Origin: Bacteroidales bacterium UBA5287
GTDB taxonomy: Bacteria; Bacteroidota; Bacteroidia; Bacteroidales; Dysgonomonadaceae
Assembly: GCA_002411345.1 (NCBI GenBank)
Contig: DHSL01000025.1
Span: 926-64,925, forward strand
DNA length: 64,000 bases
Direction: 5' to 3'
Of this stretch, positions 18,596-31,923 are shown piece by piece; the stretch's first letter is position 1, and each line of letters starts with the position of its first letter. The notes below the pieces were generated by a model, which had not been told where the DNA came from, searched no databases, and saw only the letters and a program-made list of their open reading frames with translations. The position numbers and the translations under genes were made by a program.

Positions 18596-21319
18596 ATGAA
18601 ACATCTAACATTAATACTTGCCATCTTTGCATCGATCTCGTTTTCGAGTTTTGGCAATCAAAAATCGATTACCACAGCATTAAAAGTCGAAATGCAAGAA
18701 AATCCACAAGGAATTGGGACATTACAGCCACGTTTCTCTTGGAAGATAACATCAACAAAACCGAATCTCAAACAGGTATCATACCAGATTCAGGTATCCA
18801 CATCATTGAACGATCTTAAAAAGGGTGAGAATTTATTATGGGATTCTGGCGTTGTGACCAGTGATCAGTCCCATTTGATCACCTATGAAGGTAAAGCCTT
18901 GAAATCAAAAGGAAACTATTATTGGAGAGTACGAGTTATTACAAATCAAGGAAAAAACAAATGGAGTGAAATAAACCAATGGTCGATAGCCATTTTAAAC
19001 AGTAGTGATTGGCAAGCAAAATGGATAGGAGAAAATTCTCTTTCAAATCCAAAGGAGACTGCCGAAGGCAATACACGTTTAGCAGCTCGATATTTGCGTA
19101 AACCATTTGAAGTAAAAAGTGAAATTAAACGTGCCACGATATATATTTCCGGACTTGGTTCATATGAAGCAGCTATAAACGGAAATAAGATATCAGAAGA
19201 TGTGCTCTCCCCTACACCATCCTGGTATCCAGACAGAGTATATTACAATGTATATGATGTTACCTCTTTGATAGAAAAAAAGGCCAATCTGCTGAGTGTT
19301 AAATTGGGAAACGGTCGTTATTTTGGAATGCGCGGTAATGAAACGATGATGTTTGGTTTGCCTAGATTAATATCACAATTAGAAATTGAATACATGGATG
19401 GTTCAACCGATATAATTGTGAGTGATGAATCATGGAAAGTCACCTCAAAAGGTCCTATTGTTGCGAACAATGAATTTGATGGTGAAGAATACGATGCTCG
19501 TCTTGAATTTACCGGTTGGGAATTGAGCAATTACAATGACACTAATTGGAAAAATGCAGATTTAATGGAAGCCCCTAAAGGAAAGCTCACTGCCCAACCC
19601 AATCCAAATATCAAAGTACAAGATGAAGTTACTCCAGTTGGCATAACAAAACTTTCTAATGGTAAATATATACTTGATATGGGTCAGAACATGGTTGGAT
19701 GGTTAAAAATAAACAGTCTAACAGCGACTAAAGGTCAGCCCATTGTCTTAAGATTTGCAGAAACACTAAATTCTGATGGAACCATTTACCTTGCAAATAT
19801 CCGTAGTGCAAAGGTTAGTGATATTTACACCCCCTCAAAAGATGGTGAATTCAGTTGGGAGCCGTCATTTACATACCATGGATTCCGATATGTGGAGATT
19901 TCCGGATTGAATTATCAACCTAAATTGACAGATTTTACCGGTAAAGTAGTCTACGATAAAATGGCAACTACCGGTAGTTTCGAGACCTCTAACAATATTA
20001 TCAATCAAGTATTTAAAAATGCCTATTGGGGTATTAGAGGGAATTATCGTGGAATGCCTACAGACTGTCCTCAACGAGATGAACGAATGGGTTGGCTTGG
20101 AGATCGTGCAACGGGATGTTTTGGTGAGGCCTTCATCTTTGATAATGCAGCACTTTACAGTAAATGGGTTCAGGATATTGAGGATTCACAAAGTCCAGAG
20201 GGAGCCATTTCGGTGGTATCGCCCAGATATTGGACTATTTACCATGATGATGTGACATGGCCTGCAGCATATTTCTATGCAATGAATATGTTGTATAAAC
20301 AATATGGAGACACTGCACCTATCAAAAAACACTATAACTCCATGAAACGCTATTTAGAACGTACGCAGAAGGTATCAATGAAGGATTATATCCTAACTAA
20401 AGATGCTTATGGTGATTGGTGTATGCCGCCTGAAAAGCTGGAACTTATTCATTCACAAGACCCAAGTCGAAAAACTGTAGGTCCTGTTTTAAGTACTACA
20501 ATGTACTACAGTTTATTAAATTTAATGATTGATTTTGCTAAGATCACCGGCAATGAATCAGATATTCCCGGATTTAAAGATCTTGCAGAGAAAATTAAAA
20601 ATGCTTATAACGCTCGATATTTTAATGCTGATGCTGCGAAATATGATAATAATACTGTAACAGCCAATATACTTTCGTTACAATTAGGATTAGTACCTGA
20701 AGGATTTGAAGAAGGTGTCTTTAAAAATATTGAACACAAGACCGAAGTAGATTTTAACGGTCATGTTAGTACTGGAGTATTAGGAATTCAGCAACTTATG
20801 AGAGGGCTCACAGAGCATGGCAATGTAGATCTTGCATATAAAATTGCAACGAACGAGACCTATCCAAGTTGGGGATATATGATTAATAATGGCGCCACAA
20901 CCATTTGGGAATTATGGAACGGAAATACAGCAGACCCGGCAATGAATTCCGGTAACCATGTTATGTTATTAGGAGATTTGATTATCTGGTATTATGAAGA
21001 TTTGGCCGGCATCAAAAATGCACCCGGAAGTGTTGCTTTCAAACAATTATTGATGGAACCAAAATTCCCAGAAGGACTTTCTCATGTAAAAGCCTCATAT
21101 AATTCTGTATATGGAGAGATTAAAAGTGAGTGGAAGAAAGAAAACAATTCTTTTGAATGGAATATTACTATTCCAGGTAATACATCCGCAATATTGAGAC
21201 TGCCTATAAATTTGAATATTGATACTCCAAAACAAAAAGGCATACTAAAGGTAGAAGAAACAGCATCAGGTATTGAAATTACCGTTGCATCAGGCAATTA
21301 TCATATTACAAGCAAATAA
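18596..21319 (+). CDS. GH78 alpha-L-rhamnosidase, paralog 3
   Basis: 907 aa with a signal peptide. LKVEMQENPQGIGTLQPRFSWKI, YYWRVRV, PTDCPQRDERMGWLGDRA. Confidence 0.85.
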   Translation: MKHLTLILAIFASISFSSFGNQKSITTALKVEMQENPQGIGTLQPRFSWKITSTKPNLKQVSYQIQVSTSLNDLKKGENLLWDSGVVTSDQSHLITYEGKALKSKGNYYWRVRVITNQGKNKWSEINQWSIAILNSSDWQAKWIGENSLSNPKETAEGNTRLAARYLRKPFEVKSEIKRATIYISGLGSYEAAINGNKISEDVLSPTPSWYPDRVYYNVYDVTSLIEKKANLLSVKLGNGRYFGMRGNETMMFGLPRLISQLEIEYMDGSTDIIVSDESWKVTSKGPIVANNEFDGEEYDARLEFTGWELSNYNDTNWKNADLMEAPKGKLTAQPNPNIKVQDEVTPVGITKLSNGKYILDMGQNMVGWLKINSLTATKGQPIVLRFAETLNSDGTIYLANIRSAKVSDIYTPSKDGEFSWEPSFTYHGFRYVEISGLNYQPKLTDFTGKVVYDKMATTGSFETSNNIINQVFKNAYWGIRGNYRGMPTDCPQRDERMGWLGDRATGCFGEAFIFDNAALYSKWVQDIEDSQSPEGAISVVSPRYWTIYHDDVTWPAAYFYAMNMLYKQYGDTAPIKKHYNSMKRYLERTQKVSMKDYILTKDAYGDWCMPPEKLELIHSQDPSRKTVGPVLSTTMYYSLLNLMIDFAKITGNESDIPGFKDLAEKIKNAYNARYFNADAAKYDNNTVTANILSLQLGLVPEGFEEGVFKNIEHKTEVDFNGHVSTGVLGIQQLMRGLTEHGNVDLAYKIATNETYPSWGYMINNGATTIWELWNGNTADPAMNSGNHVMLLGDLIIWYYEDLAGIKNAPGSVAFKQLLMEPKFPEGLSHVKASYNSVYGEIKSEWKKENNSFEWNITIPGNTSAILRLPINLNIDTPKQKGILKVEETASGIEITVASGNYHITSK

Positions 21320-21339
21320 ATAATTAATACAAAATCATA

Positions 21340-23982
21340 ATGTTCTTAAAAAAACTAACAAAGATTATAGTAGTTATATCTCTACTTTTCAATTTCGTAA
21401 ATTGTGGTAATGCTCAGAACAAGACAACTGTTACATCTCTTCGTTGCGAGTATTCCGAAAACCCAATTGGAATAGATGAATCACATCCTCGTTTTACCTG
21501 GACATTACAATCAGAAAAAAAGAATGTAGTTCAATCCAACTATCAGATTCAAGTAGCCTCGTCTCCTGAATTATTGGAAAAAGGCACACCTGATATTTGG
21601 CAATCAGATAAAACATCATCTGATACGCAACTCGCTTCGTTTATTCCTACAAATAAGTTGAAGAGTTTTCAGAAATATTATTGGAATGTGAAAGTATGGA
21701 CAAAATCATCAGGAAAGCCCATTATCTCTAAGACAGCAACATTTGAAACAGCGATGATGAACAGAGATGATTGGTCCGCTGAATGGATCACCGACTCGTT
21801 CGATAAGGATACTGAGCCTGCCCCATTATTCAGAAAATCTTTTGAAACAAAGAAAGAGGTTGCCTATGCACGGATGTATATTTCCGCTTTAGGTTATTAT
21901 GAAGCATATATAAATGGAGATCGTGTAGGAAAGAACTTTTTGGATCCCTCTTATACACATTTCAACAAAAGAGTATATTATGTTGTGCATGATGTTACAG
22001 AACTATTGAAAAGTGGTGAAAACATTATCAGTACAGTATTAGGAAATGGTTGGTTTAATGAGCAAAGTATAGCTGTTTGGGATTTTCACAAAGCATCATG
22101 GCGTGATCGTCCAAAAATGATTTGCGAATTACACATTCATTACTCCGATGGGACCGTGAATAAAGTTGTTACTGACAGTTCATGGAAGACCAATACCGGA
22201 GCTTATATTTACAATAATATTTATAGTGGCGACATGTTTGATGCTCGTCTTGAAGAAAAAGGCTGGAAGAAAGCCAATTTTGATGACCGTCGTTGGAAAG
22301 ATGCGAAGATTACCGAGATGAATGCCACTACATTTCAAGCGCAAAAATTACCACCAATTCAATCCACTAAAGAGATTGAACCAGTAAGATTTAAAAAGTT
22401 TGACAACACCACCTATGTTTATGATTTTGGCGAGAATTTTGCAGGGTTTGTAAGGATTCGTGTAAAAGGAGCTAAAGGGACAAAACTTCAAATTAAACAT
22501 GGAGAATTATTAGACAGTATTGGTCGTTTGAATCAGGGAAATATTGATGTATATTATCATCCAGTTCAAGAGAAGGAGAAATTCCAAACAGATGTATTCA
22601 TTCTTAACGGTAATGATGAATACGAAGTTTATCAGCCATCATTCACCTATCATGGATTCCAGTACGTTGAAGTAGTGAGTGATAAGCCAATAGAACTGAC
22701 AAAAGAAAGTCTTACCGGTCTTTTTATCCACACGAATGTTGATCCGGCAGGTAGTTTTTCCTGTTCAAATGAAACATTAAATAAGCTTTGGAAAGCCACA
22801 AATCAGTCGTATTTAAGTAATTTACATAGTATCCCTACCGATTGTCCTCAACGTGAAAAGAATGGTTGGACTGCAGATGCCCATGTTGCAGCTGAATTAG
22901 GCTTACTTAATTATGACGGCATTCTTGTTTACGAAAAATGGATGAACGATTTCATTGACAACCAACGTGATAACGGCTTGATTTCAGGTATTATTCCGAG
23001 TAGTGGATGGGGATTTGGTGACTGGCCCGGACCTGTTTGGGATGCAGCACTTTTTATTATTCCAAATGAGTTGTACGATTACTATGGTGACAAGCAAACC
23101 ATTCAGCGATTGTATCCTACTATGGAAAAATATCTAAATTATATAACTACTAAAGAAGTAGATGGATTATTAAATTTTGGATTAGGAGACTGGCTTACAT
23201 TCAAGGCACAAACACCTAACGCATTCACATCTACAGCATATTATTATCTAGACTATAAGTTAATGGCACGCTTTGCCGATATTATTGGTAAGGATTCAAA
23301 AGCCTATAAAGAGAAAGCAGAATCAATAAAAACGCTCATCGAAAAGCAATTTTACAATAGAGAAACGAACATTTTCGCAAATGGTTCCCAAACCTCTCAA
23401 GCCCTGGCACTATATTTAGAATTAGTTCCCGCAGGAGATGAGCAAAAAGTAGCTGATAAATTAGCAGAAGTTATTGAATCAAACAATGGCTTTGGCGATT
23501 TTGGTCTTTTGGGTACTAAAACAGTTCCAAGGATGCTCACCCAATACGGATATGGCGATATCGCTTTAAAAATGATTACCCGTCCAGAGTCACCTTCTTG
23601 GGGAAATTGGGTTGATTCTTTGGGCTTTACAACGTTACCAGAAACATGGACAATGAGTCCTAAATTCAATGATGCATCACTCAACCATGTGTTTTTTGGA
23701 GATATAAGTGCATGGATGTATCGTTATTTAGCAGGAATAAATTATGATAGTCAAAATCCCGGATTCAAGCATATTGTTATTCAACCCTATTTCATTGATA
23801 GTATTGATTGGGTTAAAGCAGAATATAAATCAGTTAGAGGACCTATTCGTTCGGAGTGGAAAAGAAAAGGTAAGAGTATTTTGTTTGAAGTTGAAATACC
23901 AGTTGGTACGACAGCAAGTGTTAAGATTAACAATAAGGTAAAGAAAATAGGATCAGGTAAATATAGTTTTACGGTGAAATAA
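21340..23982 (+). CDS. GH78 alpha-L-rhamnosidase, paralog 4
   Basis: 880 aa with a signal peptide. LRCEYSENPIGIDESHPRFTWTL, YYWNVKVW, PTDCPQREKNGWTADAH. Confidence 0.85.
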   Translation: MFLKKLTKIIVVISLLFNFVNCGNAQNKTTVTSLRCEYSENPIGIDESHPRFTWTLQSEKKNVVQSNYQIQVASSPELLEKGTPDIWQSDKTSSDTQLASFIPTNKLKSFQKYYWNVKVWTKSSGKPIISKTATFETAMMNRDDWSAEWITDSFDKDTEPAPLFRKSFETKKEVAYARMYISALGYYEAYINGDRVGKNFLDPSYTHFNKRVYYVVHDVTELLKSGENIISTVLGNGWFNEQSIAVWDFHKASWRDRPKMICELHIHYSDGTVNKVVTDSSWKTNTGAYIYNNIYSGDMFDARLEEKGWKKANFDDRRWKDAKITEMNATTFQAQKLPPIQSTKEIEPVRFKKFDNTTYVYDFGENFAGFVRIRVKGAKGTKLQIKHGELLDSIGRLNQGNIDVYYHPVQEKEKFQTDVFILNGNDEYEVYQPSFTYHGFQYVEVVSDKPIELTKESLTGLFIHTNVDPAGSFSCSNETLNKLWKATNQSYLSNLHSIPTDCPQREKNGWTADAHVAAELGLLNYDGILVYEKWMNDFIDNQRDNGLISGIIPSSGWGFGDWPGPVWDAALFIIPNELYDYYGDKQTIQRLYPTMEKYLNYITTKEVDGLLNFGLGDWLTFKAQTPNAFTSTAYYYLDYKLMARFADIIGKDSKAYKEKAESIKTLIEKQFYNRETNIFANGSQTSQALALYLELVPAGDEQKVADKLAEVIESNNGFGDFGLLGTKTVPRMLTQYGYGDIALKMITRPESPSWGNWVDSLGFTTLPETWTMSPKFNDASLNHVFFGDISAWMYRYLAGINYDSQNPGFKHIVIQPYFIDSIDWVKAEYKSVRGPIRSEWKRKGKSILFEVEIPVGTTASVKINNKVKKIGSGKYSFTVK

Positions 23983-24038
23983 TATCGAAGACTGTGAGAC
24001 TAAAGTAAGAGTATAGTGATAGGATTGTGAGAGCATCA

Positions 24039-24075
24039 CCGAGGTTGATTAGGAGTTTTTTTGGATCAACCTCGG
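24039..24075. terminator. hairpin between convergent genes (putative bidirectional terminator)
   Basis: CCGAGGTTGAT (24039-24049), 15-nt T-rich loop, ATCAACCTCGG (24065-24075). It lies 57 nt after the GH78-4 stop and 96 nt from the stop of the minus-strand gene. There is no canonical flanking T-run. Confidence 0.4.
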
Positions 24076-24170
24076 GATGATTTCCGATATTATACAGAAT
24101 ATTATTTGATTAACCTGATATATGAATTAGAACGTATCTATTAACGTTGGGGATTATGATTTTAGTAATT

Positions 24171-25523
24171 TCAGAATATTTCTAATATTACAGGATGATT
24201 ACTCAATGATAATTTAACAACATCACAATTTTTATACCGTTCAGTTTCCATTACTCCCTTTGTAGGATCATAGATTTTTATAGTTTTAAATTTATTACCA
24301 AATCGAACAGTAACGTCGTCGGTTCCACCACTTTTGAATCGTTCACCCCAAATAATCAGCATAAAGTTCCCATTATTCTTTTGCAACAAAAGATCGTGAG
24401 TAGTAGCAGGCTGATTTAGAATTTCATAATCGAGTTTACGGAGTTTACCAACCCCTTTCTTGTCGGCCAAAATAGTCGTAAAATTGTGAAGATAATGAGC
24501 TGCTTTTTTAGGTTTATAATCAAGAGTATAAAAAGCAAACGATTCATGAGCCGGTTCATTAGCACGTCCTTTGAGTAGATAAATAGCTGTATGCTTCCAA
24601 CCCTGTTTAAATTGTGAAAGATATAAATTCAGATATAAACACCCTTGAATTTCTTCTGTAACCCCTAGACTTTTGTCAACTGAAAATCCAGTTTCAGTAG
24701 TTACTCGGGGTAGATTTATCAGTTCTTGTTGAGAATAACCCTTAAATTTATTAAGCCACGTGATTCCGTAATTTCCATACAATCCATCGACAGGACAATC
24801 CTTTGTCGGACTCGAGCTAAGCCATGTTTGATTGTCGTGCAATCCAGGCCAACCAGGGTGAGATATATAATTATGACAGTTTGCATAATCTGCATATTGT
24901 GTACCAGCAGGCATGAGCGTTTCTGCACCGTCGGGAATGGTAAGAAATTGCAAACCAACGTTATCGACCTGCGCCCCATTTTCGCTTATTGACCAAACTG
25001 GATAATTCTTTAAGACCTCGTCATTTTTTACAGTCGCATATAAATCGCGATGCATTTTTGCTACCGACAGCCATGATTTATCCCGTCCACCAAATTCGTT
25101 TTGATAAGTAATTCCCCAATTGTTAGGTTCATTTGAACCTTCTAAAGCTAACAATGCACCCGCTGTTGCCAAATGTTTTGCATCTGACAGAAGTCGGTCG
25201 ATATCGGAATGCCCACTTAACATACCATAACTGTAAACGACCCCAGTTTTATTGTGTACTTTAATAAAATCCTCTATTGCCACATCGTCTTCAAAACCAA
25301 CACGCAACCAACGTAGACCAGTATATTCCAGGCATTTTATAGTACCATCGACCGTTTCTCCACGTCCACCAACAGAAGAACAGGCGCCCATACTATTTAA
25401 AAGCTCAGAGATGTAAATAGCAGTGATTCCCTTTTCATTCATTTGCGGTTTCACACTATTGCATCCAGCTATAATACAAAGACTTAATGCAATATGAATC
25501 AATGTGACGAATTTAACTTTCAT
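24171..25523 (-). CDS. lipoprotein, clan GH-A-like (TIM-barrel) glycoside hydrolase of unassigned family
   Basis: 450 aa. Lipobox LSLCIIAGC. LEGSNEPNNW (NEP acid/base-type motif, Glu132) and RVTTETGFS (nucleophile-type TE.G, Glu277) lie about 145 residues apart, as in clan GH-A enzymes. Confidence 0.55.
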   Translation of the reverse strand: MKVKFVTLIHIALSLCIIAGCNSVKPQMNEKGITAIYISELLNSMGACSSVGGRGETVDGTIKCLEYTGLRWLRVGFEDDVAIEDFIKVHNKTGVVYSYGMLSGHSDIDRLLSDAKHLATAGALLALEGSNEPNNWGITYQNEFGGRDKSWLSVAKMHRDLYATVKNDEVLKNYPVWSISENGAQVDNVGLQFLTIPDGAETLMPAGTQYADYANCHNYISHPGWPGLHDNQTWLSSSPTKDCPVDGLYGNYGITWLNKFKGYSQQELINLPRVTTETGFSVDKSLGVTEEIQGCLYLNLYLSQFKQGWKHTAIYLLKGRANEPAHESFAFYTLDYKPKKAAHYLHNFTTILADKKGVGKLRKLDYEILNQPATTHDLLLQKNNGNFMLIIWGERFKSGGTDDVTVRFGNKFKTIKIYDPTKGVMETERYKNCDVVKLSLSNHPVILEIF

Positions 25524-25579
25524 GCTTATTTATATGTATTTGAAATAAAAGTAAATTAATACGTGAATAGAATGAAAAA

Positions 25580-25587
25580 CAAATATA
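25580..25587 (-). promoter_or_regulatory. candidate -7 box (TATATTTG on minus strand) for the GH-A-like gene
   Basis: Plus-strand CAAATATA, 57 nt upstream of the ATG at 25523. Confidence 0.4.
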
Positions 25588-25693
25588 CCAGTTTATAACA
25601 ATTTAATTATGTCATATTTAAAAAATCAGAAAAGAGACCCTGTTTAAGCGTATATTAAACAACTCAGAATTTTGCATTATACATATAATTAAC

Positions 25694-25701
25694 TATTTTT
25701 G
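25694..25701 (+). promoter_or_regulatory. candidate -7 box (TATTTTTG), with TTTG at 25671-25674 as a -33 element, for the GH2 gene
   Basis: TATTTTTG lies 64 nt upstream of the ATG at 25765. A TTTG lies 23 nt upstream of the box start. Confidence 0.45.
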
Positions 25702-25749
25702 AACTCTTTTCATGAAATTGGGCAAGTCTATATTGAATCATTTAAATAA

Positions 25750-29355
<3,606 letters not shown>

Positions 29356-29494
29356 TTCTCACAGCGGAGCAAAACATATTTAGAATTCTAGATAGCTTAT
29401 ACTGAACACGATTAAGAAGTTTATAAATTAAACAAGTAAATTCTTACACAGATATTTTACACGTAAATAGAAACTAAAAAAGGAAATTTTGATA

Positions 29495-30844
29495 ATGGAA
29501 AAGAAGACATTTTTATCTCGAAGAAACTTTCTTAAGGAATCTACAGTTGGTTCTATTGGACTGATTGGAGGAATTCCACTTATAAATGCTTGTACATCTC
29601 AAAAAAATGATAAAGATGATATTAAGCTTCCTCAGCTTTTAGATCAAGCACCTGATGGGAAAATTCTTAAAGCGGGATTAATTGGATGTGGTGGAAGAGG
29701 CACAGGTGCTGCAATCAATTTCTTGGATGCAGGGCCAAATCTTCAAATTGTGGCTTTGGGAGATGTATTTCAGGATAAAATAGACAGCTGTAGAGAACAG
29801 CTGAAAAAAGAAAGAAATGTTGAAATCGCGGATGAGAATTGTTTCGTTGGATTCGACAGTTATCAGAAGGTGATAGATTCCGGAATCGATGTTGTTTTAT
29901 TGTGTACACCTCCACATTTCAGACCTGCTCATGTTGAAGCATCGGTTGACGCAGAAAAACATATCTTCATGGAAAAACCTATTGCTGTTGACCCTTTTGG
30001 AGTTAGAAAAGTATTGGCAGCTGTAAAAAGAGCTAAAACATTGAATCTAAGTATAGTTAGCGGCACAATCCGACGTGTACAAAAAGACTATTTGGAAACA
30101 AGAAGAAGGGTTCTTAACGGTGAAATTGGAGAAATAAACGGAGCTCATATCATTCGGAATGGTGGTGCATTATGGTTTCGTAATAGAAAACCGGAGTGGA
30201 GCGATATGGAATATATGTTGAGAAATTGGGTGAATTTCTGTTGGCTTTCTGGTGATCATATTACAGAACAATTCATACATGAAATAGATGTAATGAACTG
30301 GTATATGGGAAAATATCCAGTAAAAGCATCAGGTTGGGGCGGACGACAAAGAAGGGTTACGGGTGATCAATATGATTTCTTCAGCATTGAATATTTGTAT
30401 GAAAACGGAATGAGAACGCATTGTGCTGCGCGACAAATAAACGGTTGTTCGGATGGAAAAGTCGAACAGATTAATTGCTCAAATGGTTATGCAGATGCTT
30501 CGGGTAAATTGTTTGATAAAAAGGGTAATGTTATATGGGAATATCCTCGTTTGGATGAAAAAGAATCTTCAACTGAATGGAATGTAAAAGATCCTTATGA
30601 ACAAGAACATGTGAATCTAGTGTCAGCAATACGAACTGGAAAAGCAATAAATGATGGCGAAGATCAGGCTTATTCTACGCTAGTTACCATAATGGGAAGA
30701 ATTGCAGCTTATACTGGCAAAGATATAACCTGGGATGAGATTCTCAATTCAGATATATATTTAGGTCCAAAAACATATGTTATGGGACCGGTGGCAAATA
30801 TTCCTGAAACAATTCCTATAGCAGGAATACCCAACAAAGAGTAA
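29495..30844 (+). CDS. Tat-exported Gfo/Idh/MocA family oxidoreductase (paralog A)
   Basis: The track start 29489 is a TTG; the ATG at 29495 gives MEKKTFLSRRNFLKESTVGSIGLIGG (twin-arginine signal). Rossmann LKAGLIGCGGRGTGAA; FMEKPIAVD. Confidence 0.8.
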   Translation: MEKKTFLSRRNFLKESTVGSIGLIGGIPLINACTSQKNDKDDIKLPQLLDQAPDGKILKAGLIGCGGRGTGAAINFLDAGPNLQIVALGDVFQDKIDSCREQLKKERNVEIADENCFVGFDSYQKVIDSGIDVVLLCTPPHFRPAHVEASVDAEKHIFMEKPIAVDPFGVRKVLAAVKRAKTLNLSIVSGTIRRVQKDYLETRRRVLNGEIGEINGAHIIRNGGALWFRNRKPEWSDMEYMLRNWVNFCWLSGDHITEQFIHEIDVMNWYMGKYPVKASGWGGRQRRVTGDQYDFFSIEYLYENGMRTHCAARQINGCSDGKVEQINCSNGYADASGKLFDKKGNVIWEYPRLDEKESSTEWNVKDPYEQEHVNLVSAIRTGKAINDGEDQAYSTLVTIMGRIAAYTGKDITWDEILNSDIYLGPKTYVMGPVANIPETIPIAGIPNKE

Positions 30845-30911
30845 ATAGTATTCTAATTATATTATTGTAAAAATAAAAATCTATCTGATTTACTATCAAT
30901 ACAATAAACAA

Positions 30912-30948
30912 ATGGACAACAGCAGATTGAACTTCTGCTGTTGTCCAT
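30912..30948. terminator. 15-bp perfect hairpin between convergent genes (bidirectional terminator)
   Basis: ATGGACAACAGCAGA (30912-30926), loop TTGAACT, TCTGCTGTTGTCCAT (30934-30948). On the minus strand it is followed by TTGTTTATTGT. Confidence 0.65.
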
Positions 30949-30985
30949 TATAATTATATCATATATTTACGTTTAATAAAAATAA

Positions 30986-31918
30986 TTACAGATATGAAAT
31001 AATAACATCCATTTCTTCTGATACTTTCTTCAAACGATTTCTGTCTCCACCATTTACTTCTGCAGTCAACCAACCGCCATTGTAATTAATTTCACTGACA
31101 GTTTTCATTACAACCGGCCAATTGTTGTCTCCCTTAAGCAATTCAACTTCAAAACCTTTCCACAATCCTTGATTGTTCATTAATTCACGACTGAACTCTT
31201 TGATATGTAGTTTTTTAATGCGCGAATTGAGAGTTTTTATCCAATGCTCTGGCCATCCATATCGTAACACATTACCAATATCAAAATACCATCCAATAAG
31301 TGGATGATTAATCTCATCAACAAAACGTTTCGCTTCAACTGGACTCAAAAGGAAATTATTCCATACGTTCTCCAAACCAATTTGCATTCCTGTCCTTTCA
31401 GCATACGGAATTAATTCTCTGATTGAATTTTGAGCTATGTTATATGCATCTTCGTATGAAACCTTATCACTGACAACACCTGGTACGACGAGAACTGTGT
31501 CACCTCCGAGCTGTTTAATTTCTTCTAAAGATTTTGCAACAGATTGAATACATTTTGACCTTACTTCAGGGTCTGGACTCGATAACGGTACAGACCAATG
31601 ATCCTTGTTCATCAAACTTGGAATCTCGATATTGGCTTTTTCTTTGGCTTCTAATATTTCAGAAATATTCATCTCGACTGGGCTGCTCAACTCAACTCCG
31701 TCAAAACCCAAATCTTTTACAAGTTTAAACTTATCGGTCATTGATAATTCTTCTTTTATCATCCCATAGTGCAAACCTTTTTTCATTACTATCTTCTCTC
31801 TGGAATGATTTTGTAAAGTTGGTGATTTACTCTCTAAAACCGATGCAGAAACAAGCGGAGTCACGATAGATGCTCCTGCCATAAAGGCTGCTGATTTAAT
31901 AAAATCTTTTCTATTCAT
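30986..31918 (-). CDS. Tat-signal sugar phosphate isomerase/epimerase (xylose-isomerase-like TIM barrel) family protein
   Basis: 310 aa. N-terminus MNRKDFIKSAAFMAGASIVTPLVSA (RK-variant Tat-like signal). Family blocks LGFDGVELS, GGDTVLVVPG, IGLENV, YFDIGN, LHIKE. Confidence 0.75.
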   Translation of the reverse strand: MNRKDFIKSAAFMAGASIVTPLVSASVLESKSPTLQNHSREKIVMKKGLHYGMIKEELSMTDKFKLVKDLGFDGVELSSPVEMNISEILEAKEKANIEIPSLMNKDHWSVPLSSPDPEVRSKCIQSVAKSLEEIKQLGGDTVLVVPGVVSDKVSYEDAYNIAQNSIRELIPYAERTGMQIGLENVWNNFLLSPVEAKRFVDEINHPLIGWYFDIGNVLRYGWPEHWIKTLNSRIKKLHIKEFSRELMNNQGLWKGFEVELLKGDNNWPVVMKTVSEINYNGGWLTAEVNGGDRNRLKKVSEEMDVIISYL

Positions 31919-31923
31919 GGTTA

